From NCBI GenBank assembly GCA_040954595.2, contig CM082590.2, positions 3,038,001 to 3,102,000 of the forward strand: a DNA stretch of 64,000 bases, read 5' to 3'. This stretch comes from Balanoglossus misakiensis (lineage: Eukaryota > Animalia > Hemichordata). The notes beneath the pieces were generated by a model. The model saw nothing but the letters and a program-made list of their open reading frames with translations. It did not search any database and was not told the origin of the DNA. Below, in pieces: positions 47,587-60,939 of this stretch (position 1 is its first letter; every line of letters begins with the position of its first letter). The position numbers were made by a program, and so were the translations under genes.

Positions 47587-48966
47587 TTATTTTTTGTCGG
47601 GGCAGTCCCTCGCAATGTGCCCCAACTTCGCACATACAAAGCATTTAATTCCGGATTTTTCAGCCGAATTTCTTGGTTGCTCTCTTCTATAGTAGGGAGA
47701 ATACGGTGTGCGGTTATATGATGCACGAAGTGGATAGGGCATATATCGTCCCGATTCATATTGAGAGAACTGATTAGATGAGCCAGAGTGTTTCATAAAC
47801 TTGTACACTTTTGAAGCTATTTCTTCCTCTTCTTTATTTCCCAATAATAGAATAATTAATCTCCCCGCATCTTCCCCGAAATCGGTAGATTCAAACTGGG
47901 AGAGCACCGCTCGAAAACGATGCAATTTTGGATGTGCGGTGGCTGTCGCTCTGTCGACCAGTGCCCTCAAAGCATTAAGTAGTTGGGTTCGGGATGCGAC
48001 TGCTGGATTGTGGGCCATCTCCATTAGCTTTTGTAAAGCCTCTTCGACAGATGCTGTCCCAGCATTCTTTTCCAATAACAGTAGTTTCTGTTTCAGCTCC
48101 AATAGCTGTTCCTTCACCTACAATACAAACACCGTTTTGTAATGAGTACATCACAGTAACACTGACGCCCATGTACAAAGGTTAACATTATTTTGAATCA
48201 ATTCTCCTTCCTTTCAGAGCCTCGTACCTTCATTTCATTATGAGCCTCATTGCTTCATTATTGTTATTTTGTATACACATACATCTATTTCAATAACCGA
48301 GCTCCACTGCTCTATTTCAATAACCGAGCTCCACTGCTCTATTTCAATAACCGAGCTTCACTGCTCTATTTCGATAACCGAGCTTCACTGCTCTATTTCA
48401 ATAACCGAGCTTCACTGCTCTATTTCAATCATCGAGCCCCAATGCTCTATTTCATAAAACTGGGCCGCATTGTTCTATCGAAAATGTACAGGCACCTGGC
48501 AGTGGGGTCATGTCACGGTTTTCCACTCCATGCATATTCAATGAGGATACAAACATTCACAATGGGGGCAGGTGGCATGCAGGAATTCAACAGGTGTACG
48601 CTGTAGTATAATGGGCGTCGAGAAAACCCGTTAACAAAGTAATGGGGCATACCGAATGAAACGTACACGTCTAGACATCGGAATGAACAATAAATAAGGT
48701 GTACACGAGAAAGGATTTATATGTACCTCATTATCTGCGGTCGTTTGAGCGTTCCCTTGACGACTCGGACCCGGAACTTGACTATCTGGTCGGCTCGTCG
48801 CCCTTTGCTGAGTTGGCTGAGATTGGGAGCCGGCATTACTACTTTGGCTGGTAGAAGGCCTGTGTGCAGCTAGGAACGCTGCGACAGCTTGGGTAGCACT
48901 CGGCTGTGCCTCTTCTGTGGCCGGTGGTGGTGGTGGCGGGTTTTCCCGTACAGGTGGTTGAGCCAT
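47587..48966 (-). CDS. gag: gag-like protein, predicted two exons 48966-48727 and 48117-47587 (256 aa)
   Basis: Exon 1 is ATG GCT CAA..GAT AAT GAG|GTACAT; acceptor GTTTGTATTGTAG|GTG AAG; exon 2 has a coiled-coil-like start and a C-terminal CCHC (CFVCAKLGHIARDC) and begins with GTG. Confidence 0.75.
48284..48453 (+). repeat. 27-bp minisatellite (~6 copies) in the predicted gag intron
   Basis: (TCTATTTCAATAACCGAGCTYCACTGC)n, head-to-tail with no spacers. Confidence 0.92.
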
Positions 48967-48989
48967 CTTCTCTGCTATATGCTGCCTCC

Positions 48990-49114
48990 GTGGTTAAGGA
49001 ATGGTACTGAGCCCATGTGCGGATATTCGCTAACTTTTATACGGGTTCTCATGAATATTCATAATAAATTAGCATATGCGGATATATATCGCGTAGTGAT
49101 GCGGCTTTAAATAC
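48990..49114 (-). repeat. 5' terminal repeat A1 of the YR retrotransposon
   Basis: Identical to 43356-43480; ends 24 bp before the leader-exon ATG at 48966. Confidence 0.93.
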
Positions 49115-52100
49115 CCTTACATATACATTTAATACCTATGTCAAAATGCAGAGCTTGCATCACCATATACTCCAATGCATTATTAAGCTTGCTTCGCCAT
49201 TTTCCCTGATGCAAAGAATCAGATTAAATGTCACCGTTGTATTAGCAATGTCAAATTAAAGTGCTTTTGGACTTGTATTAACCCAGGGATTTACAGTCAA
49301 CTTTTAATCCCCCTGTATACATTTTAAACCCCTGTGTCAAAGTTTAGTGATTGCATCACCATTGACCCTGGTGCATCATCAAGCATTCTTCAGAATTTGC
49401 CCTGATGCAAAGAATCAGATTCAATGTCACCCTTGCATTAGCAATTTTAAATTACAGTGCTTTTGGACATGTATTAACCTAGGGATTTACAGTCAACATT
49501 AAATACCCATGCACATGCATTAAATACCTATGTCAAAATGCATAGCTTGCATCACCATCTACTCCAATGCATCATTAAGCTTGCTTAGCCATTTCCCTTA
49601 ATGCAAAGAATTACATTCAATGTCACCATTTCATTAGCAATGTCAAATTACAGTGCTTTTGGATGCGTATTAACCCAAGGATTTGTAATCAACTTGAAAT
49701 CCCCATATGCATTTAATACCCATGTCAAAGTGAACTGTTTGCATCACTATCTACCGTGATGCATCATCAAGCCTGCATCGCCATTTACCCTTATGCATAG
49801 AATCAGATTCAATGTCACCGTTGCATTAGCAATGTCAAATAAAAGTGCTTTTGGCCATTATTAACCTAGGGATTTACAATCAACTTTAAATCCCCATATG
49901 CATTATATTCAAAAGTCAATGTGAAGGGCTTGGAACACCATCTATCCTGATGCATCATCACGTTTGCTTCACCATTTATCCATATTCAATGTCACCCTTG
50001 CATTAGTAATTTTAAATTACAGTGCTTTTGGCCATGTATTAACCTCGGGATTTAGAGTCAACTTTAAATATCAATGCGCATGCAATAAATACCCATGTCA
50101 AAGTGAAGTGTTTGCATCACTATCTACTGAGATGCATCATCAAGCTTGCATCGCCATTTACCCTGATGCAAAGACTCAGATTCAATATCATCGTTGCATT
50201 AGCAATGTCAAATTACAGTGCTTATGGCCACGTATTAACCTGAGGATTTACAGTCAACATTAAATACCCATGCATATGCATTAAATACCTATGTCAAAGT
50301 GCAGAGCTTGCATCACCATCTACTCTGATGCACCATTAGGCTTGCTACGCCATTTCCCCTAATGCAAAGAATCACATTCAATGTCACCATTGCATTAGCA
50401 ATTTTAAATTACAGTGCTTTTGGCCATGTATTAACCTGGGGATTTACAATCAACTTTAAATCCCCATATGCGTTATATTCCAATGTCAATGTGAAGGGCT
50501 TGAAACACCATCTATCATGATACATCATCAAGCTTGCTTCACAATTTACCCTGATGCAAAGAATCAGATTTAGTATCACGGTAGCATTAGCAATGTCAAA
50601 TTACAGTGATTATGGCCACGTATTAACCTGGGGATTTACAGACAACTTTAAATACCCATGCATATACATTTAATACCTATGTCAAAATGCAGAGCTTGCA
50701 TCACCATATACTCCGATGCATTATTAAGCTTGCTTCACCATTTGCCCTGATGCAAAGAATCAGTTTAAATGTCACCGTTGTATTATCAATGTCAAATTAC
50801 GGTGCTTTTGGACTTGTATTAACCTGGGGATTTACAGTCAACTTTTAATCCCCCTGTATACATTTTAAACCCCGGTGTCAAAGTTTAGTGATTGCATCAC
50901 CATTGACCCTGGTGCATCATCAAGCATTCTTCAGAATTTGCCCTGATGCAAAGAATCAGATTCAATATCACCCTTGCATTAGCAATTTTAAATTACAGTG
51001 CTTTTGGACATGTATTAACCTGGGGATTTACAGTCAACATTAAATACCCATGCATAGGCATTAAATACCTATGTCACAATGCATAGCTTACATCACCATC
51101 TACTCTGATGCACCATTATGCTCGCTACGCCATTTCCCCTAATGCAAAGAATGACATTCAATGTCACCATTGCATTTGCAATTGTAAATTACAGTGCTTT
51201 TGGCCATGTATTAACCTAGGGATTTTCAATCAACTTTAAATCCCCATATGCGTCATATTCCATTGTCAATGTGAAGGGCTTGAAACACCATCTATCATGA
51301 TACATCATCAAGCTTGCTTCACAATTTACCCTGATGCAAAGAATCAGATTTAGTATCACGGTAGCATTAGCAATGTCAAACTACAGTGCTTATGGCCACG
51401 TATCAACCTGGGGATTTACAATCAACTTTAAATCCCCATATGCGTTATATTCCAATGTCAATGTGAAGGGCTTGAAATACCATCTACCCTGATGCATCAT
51501 CAAGTTTGTTTTGACAACTTTAAATCCCCCTCAGCATGCATTTAATCCCCATGTCAAAGTGCAGAGCTTGCATCACCATCTATCCTGATGCATCATCAAG
51601 CTGCTTCGCCATTAGCCCTGATGCAAAGAATCAGATATAGTGTCACCATTGCATAAGCAATGTCAAATTACAGTGCTTTTGGACACGTATTAACACAGGG
51701 ATTTATAATCTATTTGAAATCCCTATATGCTTTTTATACCCATGTCTAAGCGAAGTGTTTGCATCACTATCTACTGTGATGCATCGTCAAGCATGCTCCG
51801 CCATTTGCCTTAATGCAAAGAATCAGATTAAATGTCACTGTTGCATTCGCAATGTCAAATTACTGTGCTTTTGGCCACGTATTAACCTGGCGATTTACAG
51901 TCAACTTTAAACATCTGTGCATATGCATTAAATACGCATGTCAAAGTGCAGTGTCTCCATCACCATTGATCCTGATGCATCACCAAGCATGCTTCGCTAT
52001 ATGCCCTGATGCAAAGAATCAGATTTAGTATCACAGTAGCATTAGCCATGTCAAATTACAGTGCTTTTGGCTATGTATTAACCTGGGGATTTACAATCAA

Positions 52101-55100
52101 CTTTAAATCCCCATATGCATTATATTCCAATGTCAATGTGAAGGGCTTGAAATACCATCTACCCTGATGCATCATCAAGTTTGTTTCGCCATTAACCCTG
52201 ATGCAAATAATCAGTGTCACCATAGCATCAGCAATGTCAAATTACTGAGCATTTGGCCATGTATTAACTTGCGGGTTTACAATCAACTTCAAATCCCCAT
52301 ATGCATTATATTGCAATGTGAACTTGAACGGCTTGAAACACCATCTATACTGATGCATCATCAAGCTTTCTTCACAATTTACCCTGATGCAAAGAATCAG
52401 ATTTAGTGTCGCCATAGCATTAGCAATGGCAAATAAAAGTGCTTTCGGCCACATATTAACCCAGGGATTTATAATCAACTTGAAATCCCTATATGAATTT
52501 TATACCTATGTCAAAGCGAAGTGCTTGCATCAATATCTACTCTGATGTACCATTATGCTTGCTACACCATTTCCCCTAATGCAAAGAATGACATTCAATG
52601 TCACCATTGCATTTGCAATTTTAAATTACAGTGCTTTTGGCCATGTATTAACCTAGGGATTTTCAATCAACTTTAAATCCCCATATGCGTTATATTCCAT
52701 TGTCAATGTGAAGGGCTTGAAACACCATCTGTCCTGATGCATCATCAAGCTTGCTTCACAATTTACCCCGATGGAAAGAATCAGATTTAATGTCACGGTA
52801 GCATTAGCAATGTCAAACTACAGTGCTTATGGCCACGTATCAACCTGGGGATTTACAATCAACTTTAAATCCCCATATGCATTATATTCTAATGTCAATG
52901 TGAAGGGCTTGAAACACCATCTATCATGATGCATCATCAAGCTTGCTTCACCATTTTCCCTGATGCAAAAAATCAGATTTAGTGTCATGGTAGCATTAGC
53001 AAATCCCTATATGCATTTGATACCCATGTCAAAGTGAAGTGTTTGCATCACTATCTACCGTGATGCATCATCAAGCTTGCATCGCCATTCACCCTTATGC
53101 AAAGAATCAGATTCAATGTCACCGTTGCATTAGCAATGTCAAATTACAGTGCTTATGGCCACGTATTAACCTGAGGATTTACAGTCAACATTAAATACCC
53201 ATGCATATCCATTAAATACCTATGTCAAAGTGCAGAGCTTGCATCACCATTTACTCTGATGCACCATTAGGCTTGCTACGCCATTTCCCCTAATGCAAAG
53301 AATCAGTTTAAATGTCACCGTTGCATTAGCAATTTTAAATTACAGTGTTTTTGGCCATGTATTAACCTATGGATTTGCAATTAACTTTAAATCCCCATAT
53401 GCGTTATATTCCAATGTCAAGTGAAGGGCTTGAAACACCATCTATCCTGATGCATCATCAAGCTTGCTTCACAATTTACCCTGATGCAAAAAATCACATT
53501 CAGCGTCACCATTTCATTAGCAATGTCAAATTACAGTGCTTATTGCCACGTATTAACCTGGGAATTTACAGACAACTTTAAATACCCATGCATATACATT
53601 AAATACCTATGTCAAAGTGCAGAGCTTGCATCACCATCTACTCTGATGCATCATTAGGTTTGCATCGCCATTCCCCATAATGCAAAGAATCAGATTCAAT
53701 GTCACCCTTGCATTAGCAATTTTAAATTACAGTGCTTTTGGACATATATTAACCTGGGGATTTACAGTCGACATTAAATACCCATGCATATGGATTAAAT
53801 ATCTATGTCAAAGTGCAGAGCTTGCATCACCATCTACTCTGATGTACCATTATGCTTGCTACGCCATTTCCCCTAATGCAAAGAATGACATTCAATGTCA
53901 CCATTGCATTTGCAATTTTAAATTACAGTGCTTTTGGCCATGTATTAACCTAGGGATTTTCAATCAACTTTAAATCCCCATATGCGTTATATTCCATTGT
54001 CAATGTGAAGGGCTTGAAACACCATCTGTCCTGATGCATCATCAAGCTTGCTTCACAATTTACCCCGATGGAAAGAATCAGATTTAATGTCACGGTAGCA
54101 TTAGCAATGTCAAACTACAGTGCTTATGGCCACGTATCAACCTGGGGATTTACAATCAATTTTAAATCCCCATATGCGTTATATTCCAATGTCAATGTGA
54201 AGGGCTTGAAATACCTTCTACCCTGATGCATCATCAAGTTTGTTTTGACAACTTTAAATCCCCCTCAGCATGCATTTAATCCTCATGTCAAAGTGCAGAG
54301 CTTGCATCACCATCTATCCTGATGCATCATCAAGCTGCTTCGCCATTAACCCTGATGCAAATAATCAGTGTCACCATAGCATTAGCAATGGCAAATAAAA
54401 GTGCTTTCGGCCACATATTAACCCAGGGATTTATAATCAACTTGAAATCCCCATATGAATTATATACCTATGTCAAAGCGAAGTGCTTGCATCAATATCT
54501 ACCGTGATGCATCATCAAGCTTGCTTCGCCATTTGCCCTAATGCAAAGAATCAGATTCAATGTCACTGTAGCATTAGCAATGTCAAATTACAGTGCTTTT
54601 GGCCATACAATCAACTTTAAATCCCCATGTGCGTTATATTCCAATGTCAATGTGAAGGGCTTGAAACACCATCTATCATGATACATCATCAAGCTTGCTT
54701 CACAATTTACCCTGATGCAAAGAATCAGATTTAGTATCACGGTAGCATTAGCAATGTCAAATTACAGTGCTTATGGCCACGTACATTACTTTAAATACCC
54801 ATGCATATACATTTAATACCTATGTCAAAATGCAGAGCTTGCATCACCATATACTCCGATGCATCATTAAGCTTGCTTCACCATTTGCCCTGATGCAATG
54901 AATCAGATTAAATGTCACCGTTGTATTATCAATGTCAAATTACGGTGCTTTTGGACTTGTATTAACTCAGGGATTTACAGTAAACTTTTAATCCCCCTGT
55001 ATACATTTTAAACCCTGGTGTCAAAGTTTAGTGATTGCATCACCATTGACCCCGGTGCATCATCAAGCATTCTTCAGAATTTGCCCTGATGCAAAGAATG

Positions 55101-58100
55101 AGATTCAATATCACCCTTGCATTAGCAATTTTAAATTACAGTGCTTTTGGACATGTATTAACCTGGGGATTTACAGTCAACATTAAATACCCATGCACAT
55201 GCATTAAATACCCATGTCACAATGCATAGCATGCATCACCACCTACACCAATGTATCATTAAGCTTGCTTAGCCATTTCCCCTAATGCAAAGAATTACAT
55301 TCAATGTCACCATTTCATTAGCAATGTCATATTACATTGCTTTTTGACGCGTATTAACCCAGGGATTTGTAATCAACTTGAAATCCCCATATGCATTTAA
55401 TACCCATGTCAAAGTGAACTGTTTGCATCACTATCTACTGTGATACATCATCAAGCCTGTATCGCCATTTACCCTGATGCATAGGATCACATTCAATGTC
55501 ACCGTTGCATTTGCAATGTCAACTAAAATTTCTTTTGGCCACGTATTAACCTAGGAATTTACAATCAACTTTAAATCCTCATATGCATAGTATTCCAATA
55601 TCAATGTGAAGGGCTTGAAACATCATCTATCCTGATGCATCATCAAGCTTGCTTCACCATTTTCCCTGATGCAAAGAATCAGATTTAGTATCACGGTAGC
55701 ATTAGCAATGTCAAACTACAGTGCTTATGGCCACGTATCAACCTGGGGATTTACAATCAACTTTAAATCCCCATATGCATTATATTCTAATGTCAATGTG
55801 AAGGGCTTGAAACACCATCTATCATGATACATCATCAAGCTTGCTTCACAATTTACCCTGATGCAAAGAATCAGATTTAGTATCACGGTAGCATTAGCAA
55901 TGTCAAATTACAGTGCTTATGGCCACGTACATTACTTTAAATACCCATGCATATACATTTAATACCTATGTCAAAATGCAGAGCTTGCATCACCATATAC
56001 TCCGATGCATCATTAAGCTTGCTTCACCATTTGCCCTGATGCAATGAATCAGATTAAATGTCACCGTTGTATTATCAATGTCAAATTACGGTGCTTTTGG
56101 ACTTGTATTAACTCAGGGATTTACAGTAAACTTTTAATCCCCCTGTATACATTTTAAACCCTGGTGTCAAAGTTTAGTGATTGCATCACCATTGACCCCG
56201 GTGCATCATCAAGCATTCTTCAGAATTTGCCCTGATGCAAAGAATGAGATTCAATATCACCCTTGCATTAGCAATTTTAAATTACAGTGCTTTTGGACAT
56301 GTATTAACCTGGGGATTTACAGTCAACATTAAATACCCATGCACATGCATTAAATACCCATGTCACAATGCATAGCATGCATCACCACCTACACCAATGT
56401 ATCATTAAGCTTGCTTAGCCATTTCCCCTAATGCAAAGAATTACATTCAATGTCACCATTTCATTAGCAATGTCATATTACATTGCTTTTTGACGCGTAT
56501 TAACCCAGGGATTTGTAATCAACTTGAAATCCCCATATGCATTTAATACCCATGTCAAAGTGAACTGTTTGCATCACTATCTACTGTGATACATCATCAA
56601 GCCTGTATCGCCATTTACCCTGATGCATAGGATCACATTCAATGTCACCGTTGCATTTGCAATGTCAACTAAAATTTCTTTTGGCCACGTATTAACCTAG
56701 GAATTTACAATCAACTTTAAATCCTCATATGCATAGTATTCCAATATCAATGTGAAGGGCTTGAAACATCATCTATCCTGATGCATCATCAAGCTTGCTT
56801 CACCATTTTCCCTGATGCAAAGAATCAGATTTAGTATCACGGTAGCATTAGCAATGTCAAATTACAGTGCCTATGGCCACGTATTAACCTCGGGATTTAC
56901 GGACAACTTTAAATACCCATGCATATACATTTAATACCTATGTCAAAGTGCAGAGCTTGCATCACCATTTACTCCGATGCATTATTAAGCTTGCTTCACC
57001 ATTTTCCCTGATGCAAAGAATCAGATTAAATGTCACCGTTGTATTAGCAATGTCAAATTAAAGTGCTTTTGGACTTGTATTAACCCAGGGATTTACAGTC
57101 AACTTTTAATCCCCCTGTATACATTTTAAACCCCGGTGTCAAAGTTTAGTGATTGCATCACCATTGACCCTGGTGCATCATCAAGCATTCTTCAGAATTT
57201 GCCCTGATGCAAAGAATCAGATTCAATGTCACCCTTGCATTAGCAATTTTAAATTACAGTGCTTTTGGACATGTATTAACCTAGGGATTTACAGTCAACA
57301 TTAAATACCCATGCACATGCATTAAATACCTATGTCAAAATGCATAGCTTGCATCACCATCTACTCCAATGCATCATTAAACTTTTAGCCATTTCCCCTA
57401 TTGCAAAGAATTACATTCAATGTCACCATTTCATTAGCAATGTCAAACTACAGTGCTTTTGGGTGCGTATTAACCCAGGGATTTGTAATCAACTTGAAAT
57501 CCCCATATGCATTTAATACCCATGTCAGAGTGAACTGTTTGCATCACTATCTACCGTGATGCATCATCAAGCCTGTATCGCCATTTACCCTGATGCATAG
57601 AATCAGATTCAATGTCACCGTTGCATTAGCAATGTCAAATAAAAGTGCTTTTGGCCATGTATTAACCTAGGGATTTACAATCAACTTTAAATCCCCATAT
57701 GCATTATATTCAAAAGTCAATGTGAAGGGCTTCAAACACCATCTATCCTGATGCATCATCACGTTTGCTTCACCATTTATCCATATTCAATGTCACGCTT
57801 GCATTAGTAATTTTAAATTACAGTGCTTTTTGCCATGTATTAACCTCGGGATTTAGAGTCAACTTTAAATATCAATGCGCATGCATTAAATACCCATGTC
57901 AAAGTGAAGTGTTTGCATCACTATCTACCGGGATGCATCATCAAGCTTGCATCGCCATTTACCCTGATGCAAAGAATCAGATTCAATATCATCGTTGCAT
58001 TAGCAATGTCAAATTACAGTGCTTATGGCCACGTATTAACCTGAGGATATACAATCAACTTTAAATCCCCATATGCGTTATATTCCAATGTCAATGTGAA

Positions 58101-58565
58101 GGGCTTGAAACACCATCTATCATGATGCATCATCAAGCTTGCTTCACAATTTACCCTGATGCAAGAATCAGATTTAGTGTCACGGTAGCATTAGCAATGT
58201 CAAATTACAGTGCTTTTGGCCACGTATTAACCTGGGGATTTACAGTCAACATTAAATACCCATGCACATGCATTAAATACCTATGTCAAAGTGAAGTGTT
58301 TGCATCACTATCTACCTGGCTGCATCATCAAGCTTGCATCGCCATTCCCCCTAATGCAAAGAATCAGATTCAATGTCATCGTTGCATTAGCAATGTCAAA
58401 TAAAATTGCTTTTGGACACGTATTAACCCAGGGATTTCAGTCAACTTTTAGTATCCCTGTATGCATTTTAAACCCCGGTGTCAACGTTTAGTGATTAACT
58501 TCTTTGCTATTTAAACATTACATTTTGAGTAAAAGGGGTGAAATGGGATTAAAGTTTATAGTGAC

Positions 58566-58649
58566 ATATCGAAAAGAATCTATTTCAATTCGTTCATTTC
58601 TGAAATCATATCGAAAAGAATCTATTTCAATTCGTTCATATCTGAAATA
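58566..58649 (+). repeat. 42-bp tandem duplication
   Basis: CATATCGAAAAGAATCTATTTCAATTCGTTCATWTCTGAAAT twice. Confidence 0.85.
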
Positions 58650-59255
58650 TGATAATACGAATATGCATGTTTTATTCGCCATATATGAACACCAATGAAA
58701 AGTTATGTTTCCAGCTTAGGTATCGGTGGATTTGAACCACCTGACATCAGAAGACGCCTCCAGAATACCTTTAAATTGGTTGCATAATTTTCATGTGAAT
58801 GTTCATAATATAGCGAGTGATTAATCCCTAATTTATTGTTTTGGGGGGGTGGGGGTGGGGGGGGGGAGTTCAAGTAGCATATCTTGCAGGCCAATTTGAA
58901 ACAATGTGTCATGTGGTTAAACTGAAAGAAATTAACCAATATAGTTTCAGCTCTTTTTGAAACAAGGTGTCATTTGGTTGAACAATGGGCCAGTCAAAAT
59001 AGCATCTGCTAATTATGCACACAATAGTGTGATGGGTTAGTGGGTTAAGTTTACTTTTACCTTAGCGTTATATAACACACTATCGTGTACATAATCTCGC
59101 AGAGCTCATTCACAATTGTTTTAAAATAAAGCAAGATAACTACATGTATGATAACACACATCTAATTTACGCGCCTAAAGGGCAGTTAAAAAACCTCATA
59201 CCAATTACAAAAGAGGGAAAAAAAACTGTCCTCTCCTCCTCTCACCCCATGATCT

Positions 59256-59950
59256 AAGCTAAATTTGGAATTTGGATGGGGTGGGGAGGTTAAGCTAACC
59301 TAACATTGTGCTAACATTTTCTGCCTGTCTGTCGCGTACAATGTGTCGATGCGCGAATACAATCACGGGTACCGTTGCGAGAAATTCCACCGAATAACGA
59401 TGCTGACGAGTATTATCTATCTGAGAAATAATAGCATGTTATTCATAAAATATACACATTAACCAATGAATGAACCAACATGATTATTAGACCTTGGACA
59501 CTTATTTAACATTTTATCATTATTATACCTCTGTCATCATCATCAATATTAACACCCTTTTTATACTTAATATCACCATAAGCCATCACCACAATTATTA
59601 ATCGTTATTATACCCTTGCACAATTGTTACCCTTATTAAACCCGACACAGTTATTACTATTATTATACCCTTCTCATTCATATACCCATTATAACCTGTG
59701 TACACAAGCCATCATCATATTATAAACCCGTTATACCTTTATACCACATTTGTTACCCTAATATTATTCCCTTCATACAAGCAACCGTTGTTACCCCTTT
59801 ATAACCTGTGTACACTCAAATTTTACCATAAAACCATCATCACATTTGTAACCCTTTTATTAAACCAAATTCAAATTTGTTCACCGTTATTATACCATAC
59901 ACATTTCGGAACCTATTATCATACCCTGCACAAAGCCATTGCTGTTAACC
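59256..59950 (+). repeat. Diverged dispersed repeat, copy 2 (copy 1 at ~16896-17530)
   Basis: Same anchors as copy 1, followed by degenerate TTATTATACC-type subrepeats. Confidence 0.8.
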
Positions 59951-60084
59951 TAATTTTAAAACAAGTAATCACTACCAATTATTAACCCGATTTATTGGAC
60001 TATTAAGTTTTATATTACGATCACCTCGTTTTGTACGTCTATATTACTCTATCTTATAATTTTGGTCAATAGGATATTATGTTG

Positions 60085-60625
60085 AAACTCCACTTCTCCA
60101 TTCTTCCACTTCTCCATCCTTTAGGTTGACGCTCCATCCATCCATCCATCAAAGTTTATATTAGTAGGTTGACTATGGTTGACTCTCCGCTCCATCCTCC
60201 CATCAAATTTTACGTTAGTTGGTTGATTATGGTGTTACCAGTGTGCCCTACAGGAAAGAAAAAGAGGAAAAAACAGAGAAAAAACTCCACTTCTCCATCC
60301 TTCCACTTCTCCATCCTTTAAGTTGACGCTCCGCGGCACCATCCATCCATCAAAGTTTATATTTTAGTAAGTTGACTATGGTTGACGCTCCGCTCCATCC
60401 ATCCATCAAAGTTTATATTAGTAGGTTGACTATGGTTGACGCTCCGCTCCATTCATCCATCAAAGTTTATATTAGTAGGTTGACTATGGTTGACGCTCCC
60501 CTCCATCCATCCATCAAAGTTTATATTAGTAGGTTGACTATGGTTGACACTCCGCTCCATCCATCCATCAAATTTTACGTTAGTAGGTTGATTATGGTGT
60601 TACCATTGGGGCCTACAGGGAAAAA
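60085..60625 (+). repeat. 54-bp minisatellite within a two-copy larger duplication
   Basis: (GTTGACTATGGTTGACGCTCCGCTCCATCCATCCATCAAAGTTTATATTAGTAG)n; the block AAACTCCACTTCTCCAT...CCTACAGG occurs at ~60085 and ~60282. Confidence 0.88.
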
Positions 60626-60939
60626 AAGAAAAAAAAGAGAAAAGAAGAGAAAAAAAGAAAGAAAGAAAGAAAGAGAGAGAGAAGGAGAAGAGTACCGGTG
60701 GGACCTACAAAAAAAAAAGAACGAAAGAATTAAATGCATGAAATCAATGATAATAATAGGATTAATTTGGCAAGCCAGCCCAACCCAACATACTGCGGGT
60801 CAAGGGGTACCATATCGTCAATTAATGAAAACAAAATAAAGTGCAACAAACATTGGCTAGGTCAAAGCAGTTCCTATGGATACCAGAGAGTGCCAATGCT
60901 GTATCTGCTATGTATATAGGAAAGCAGATCAAAGGTCAC

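Larger units (their letters stand above)
43135..49114 (-). mobile_element. DIRS-order tyrosine-recombinase retrotransposon with split direct repeats (PAT-like, A...BA..B)
   Basis: In element orientation: A1 (49114-48990), gag, RT/RNase H/MT, YR, B1 (43559-43481), A2 (43480-43356), spacer, B2 (43213-43135). A copies (125 bp) and B copies (79 bp) are identical. The satellite resumes in register on both sides, with CTTTAAATAC at both junctions. Confidence 0.93.
19491..58496 (+). repeat. Satellite array, ~191-196 bp diverged monomers in a ~5.79 kb higher-order repeat; interrupted at 30173-35019 and 43135-49114
   Basis: Monomer ATGCATCATCAAGCTTGCTTCGCCATTTGCCCTGATGCAAAGAATCAGATTCAATGTCACC...GGGGATTTACAATCAACTTTAAATCCCC... 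recurs every ~192-196 bp. Diagnostic variants recur at 20233/26021/37048/51813 and 24196/35224/49964/57765. Confidence 0.97.

Noticed and set aside
48284-48453. 27-bp repeats as a possible CRISPR array, and ORFs 48250-48606 and 48269-48457
   Set aside because: Head-to-tail units without unique spacers, no cas genes, eukaryotic context; the ORFs simply read through the repeat.
19625-58491. Dozens of 60-115 aa ORFs (MHHQA.., MQRIRF.., MIINPW..) in the array
   Set aside because: Chance translations of satellite monomers on both strands; frames are not preserved between monomers.
60372-60839. 155-aa ORF with 18-aa repeats and a Lys/Arg tract
   Set aside because: Translation of a 54-bp minisatellite plus a purine-rich low-complexity run.
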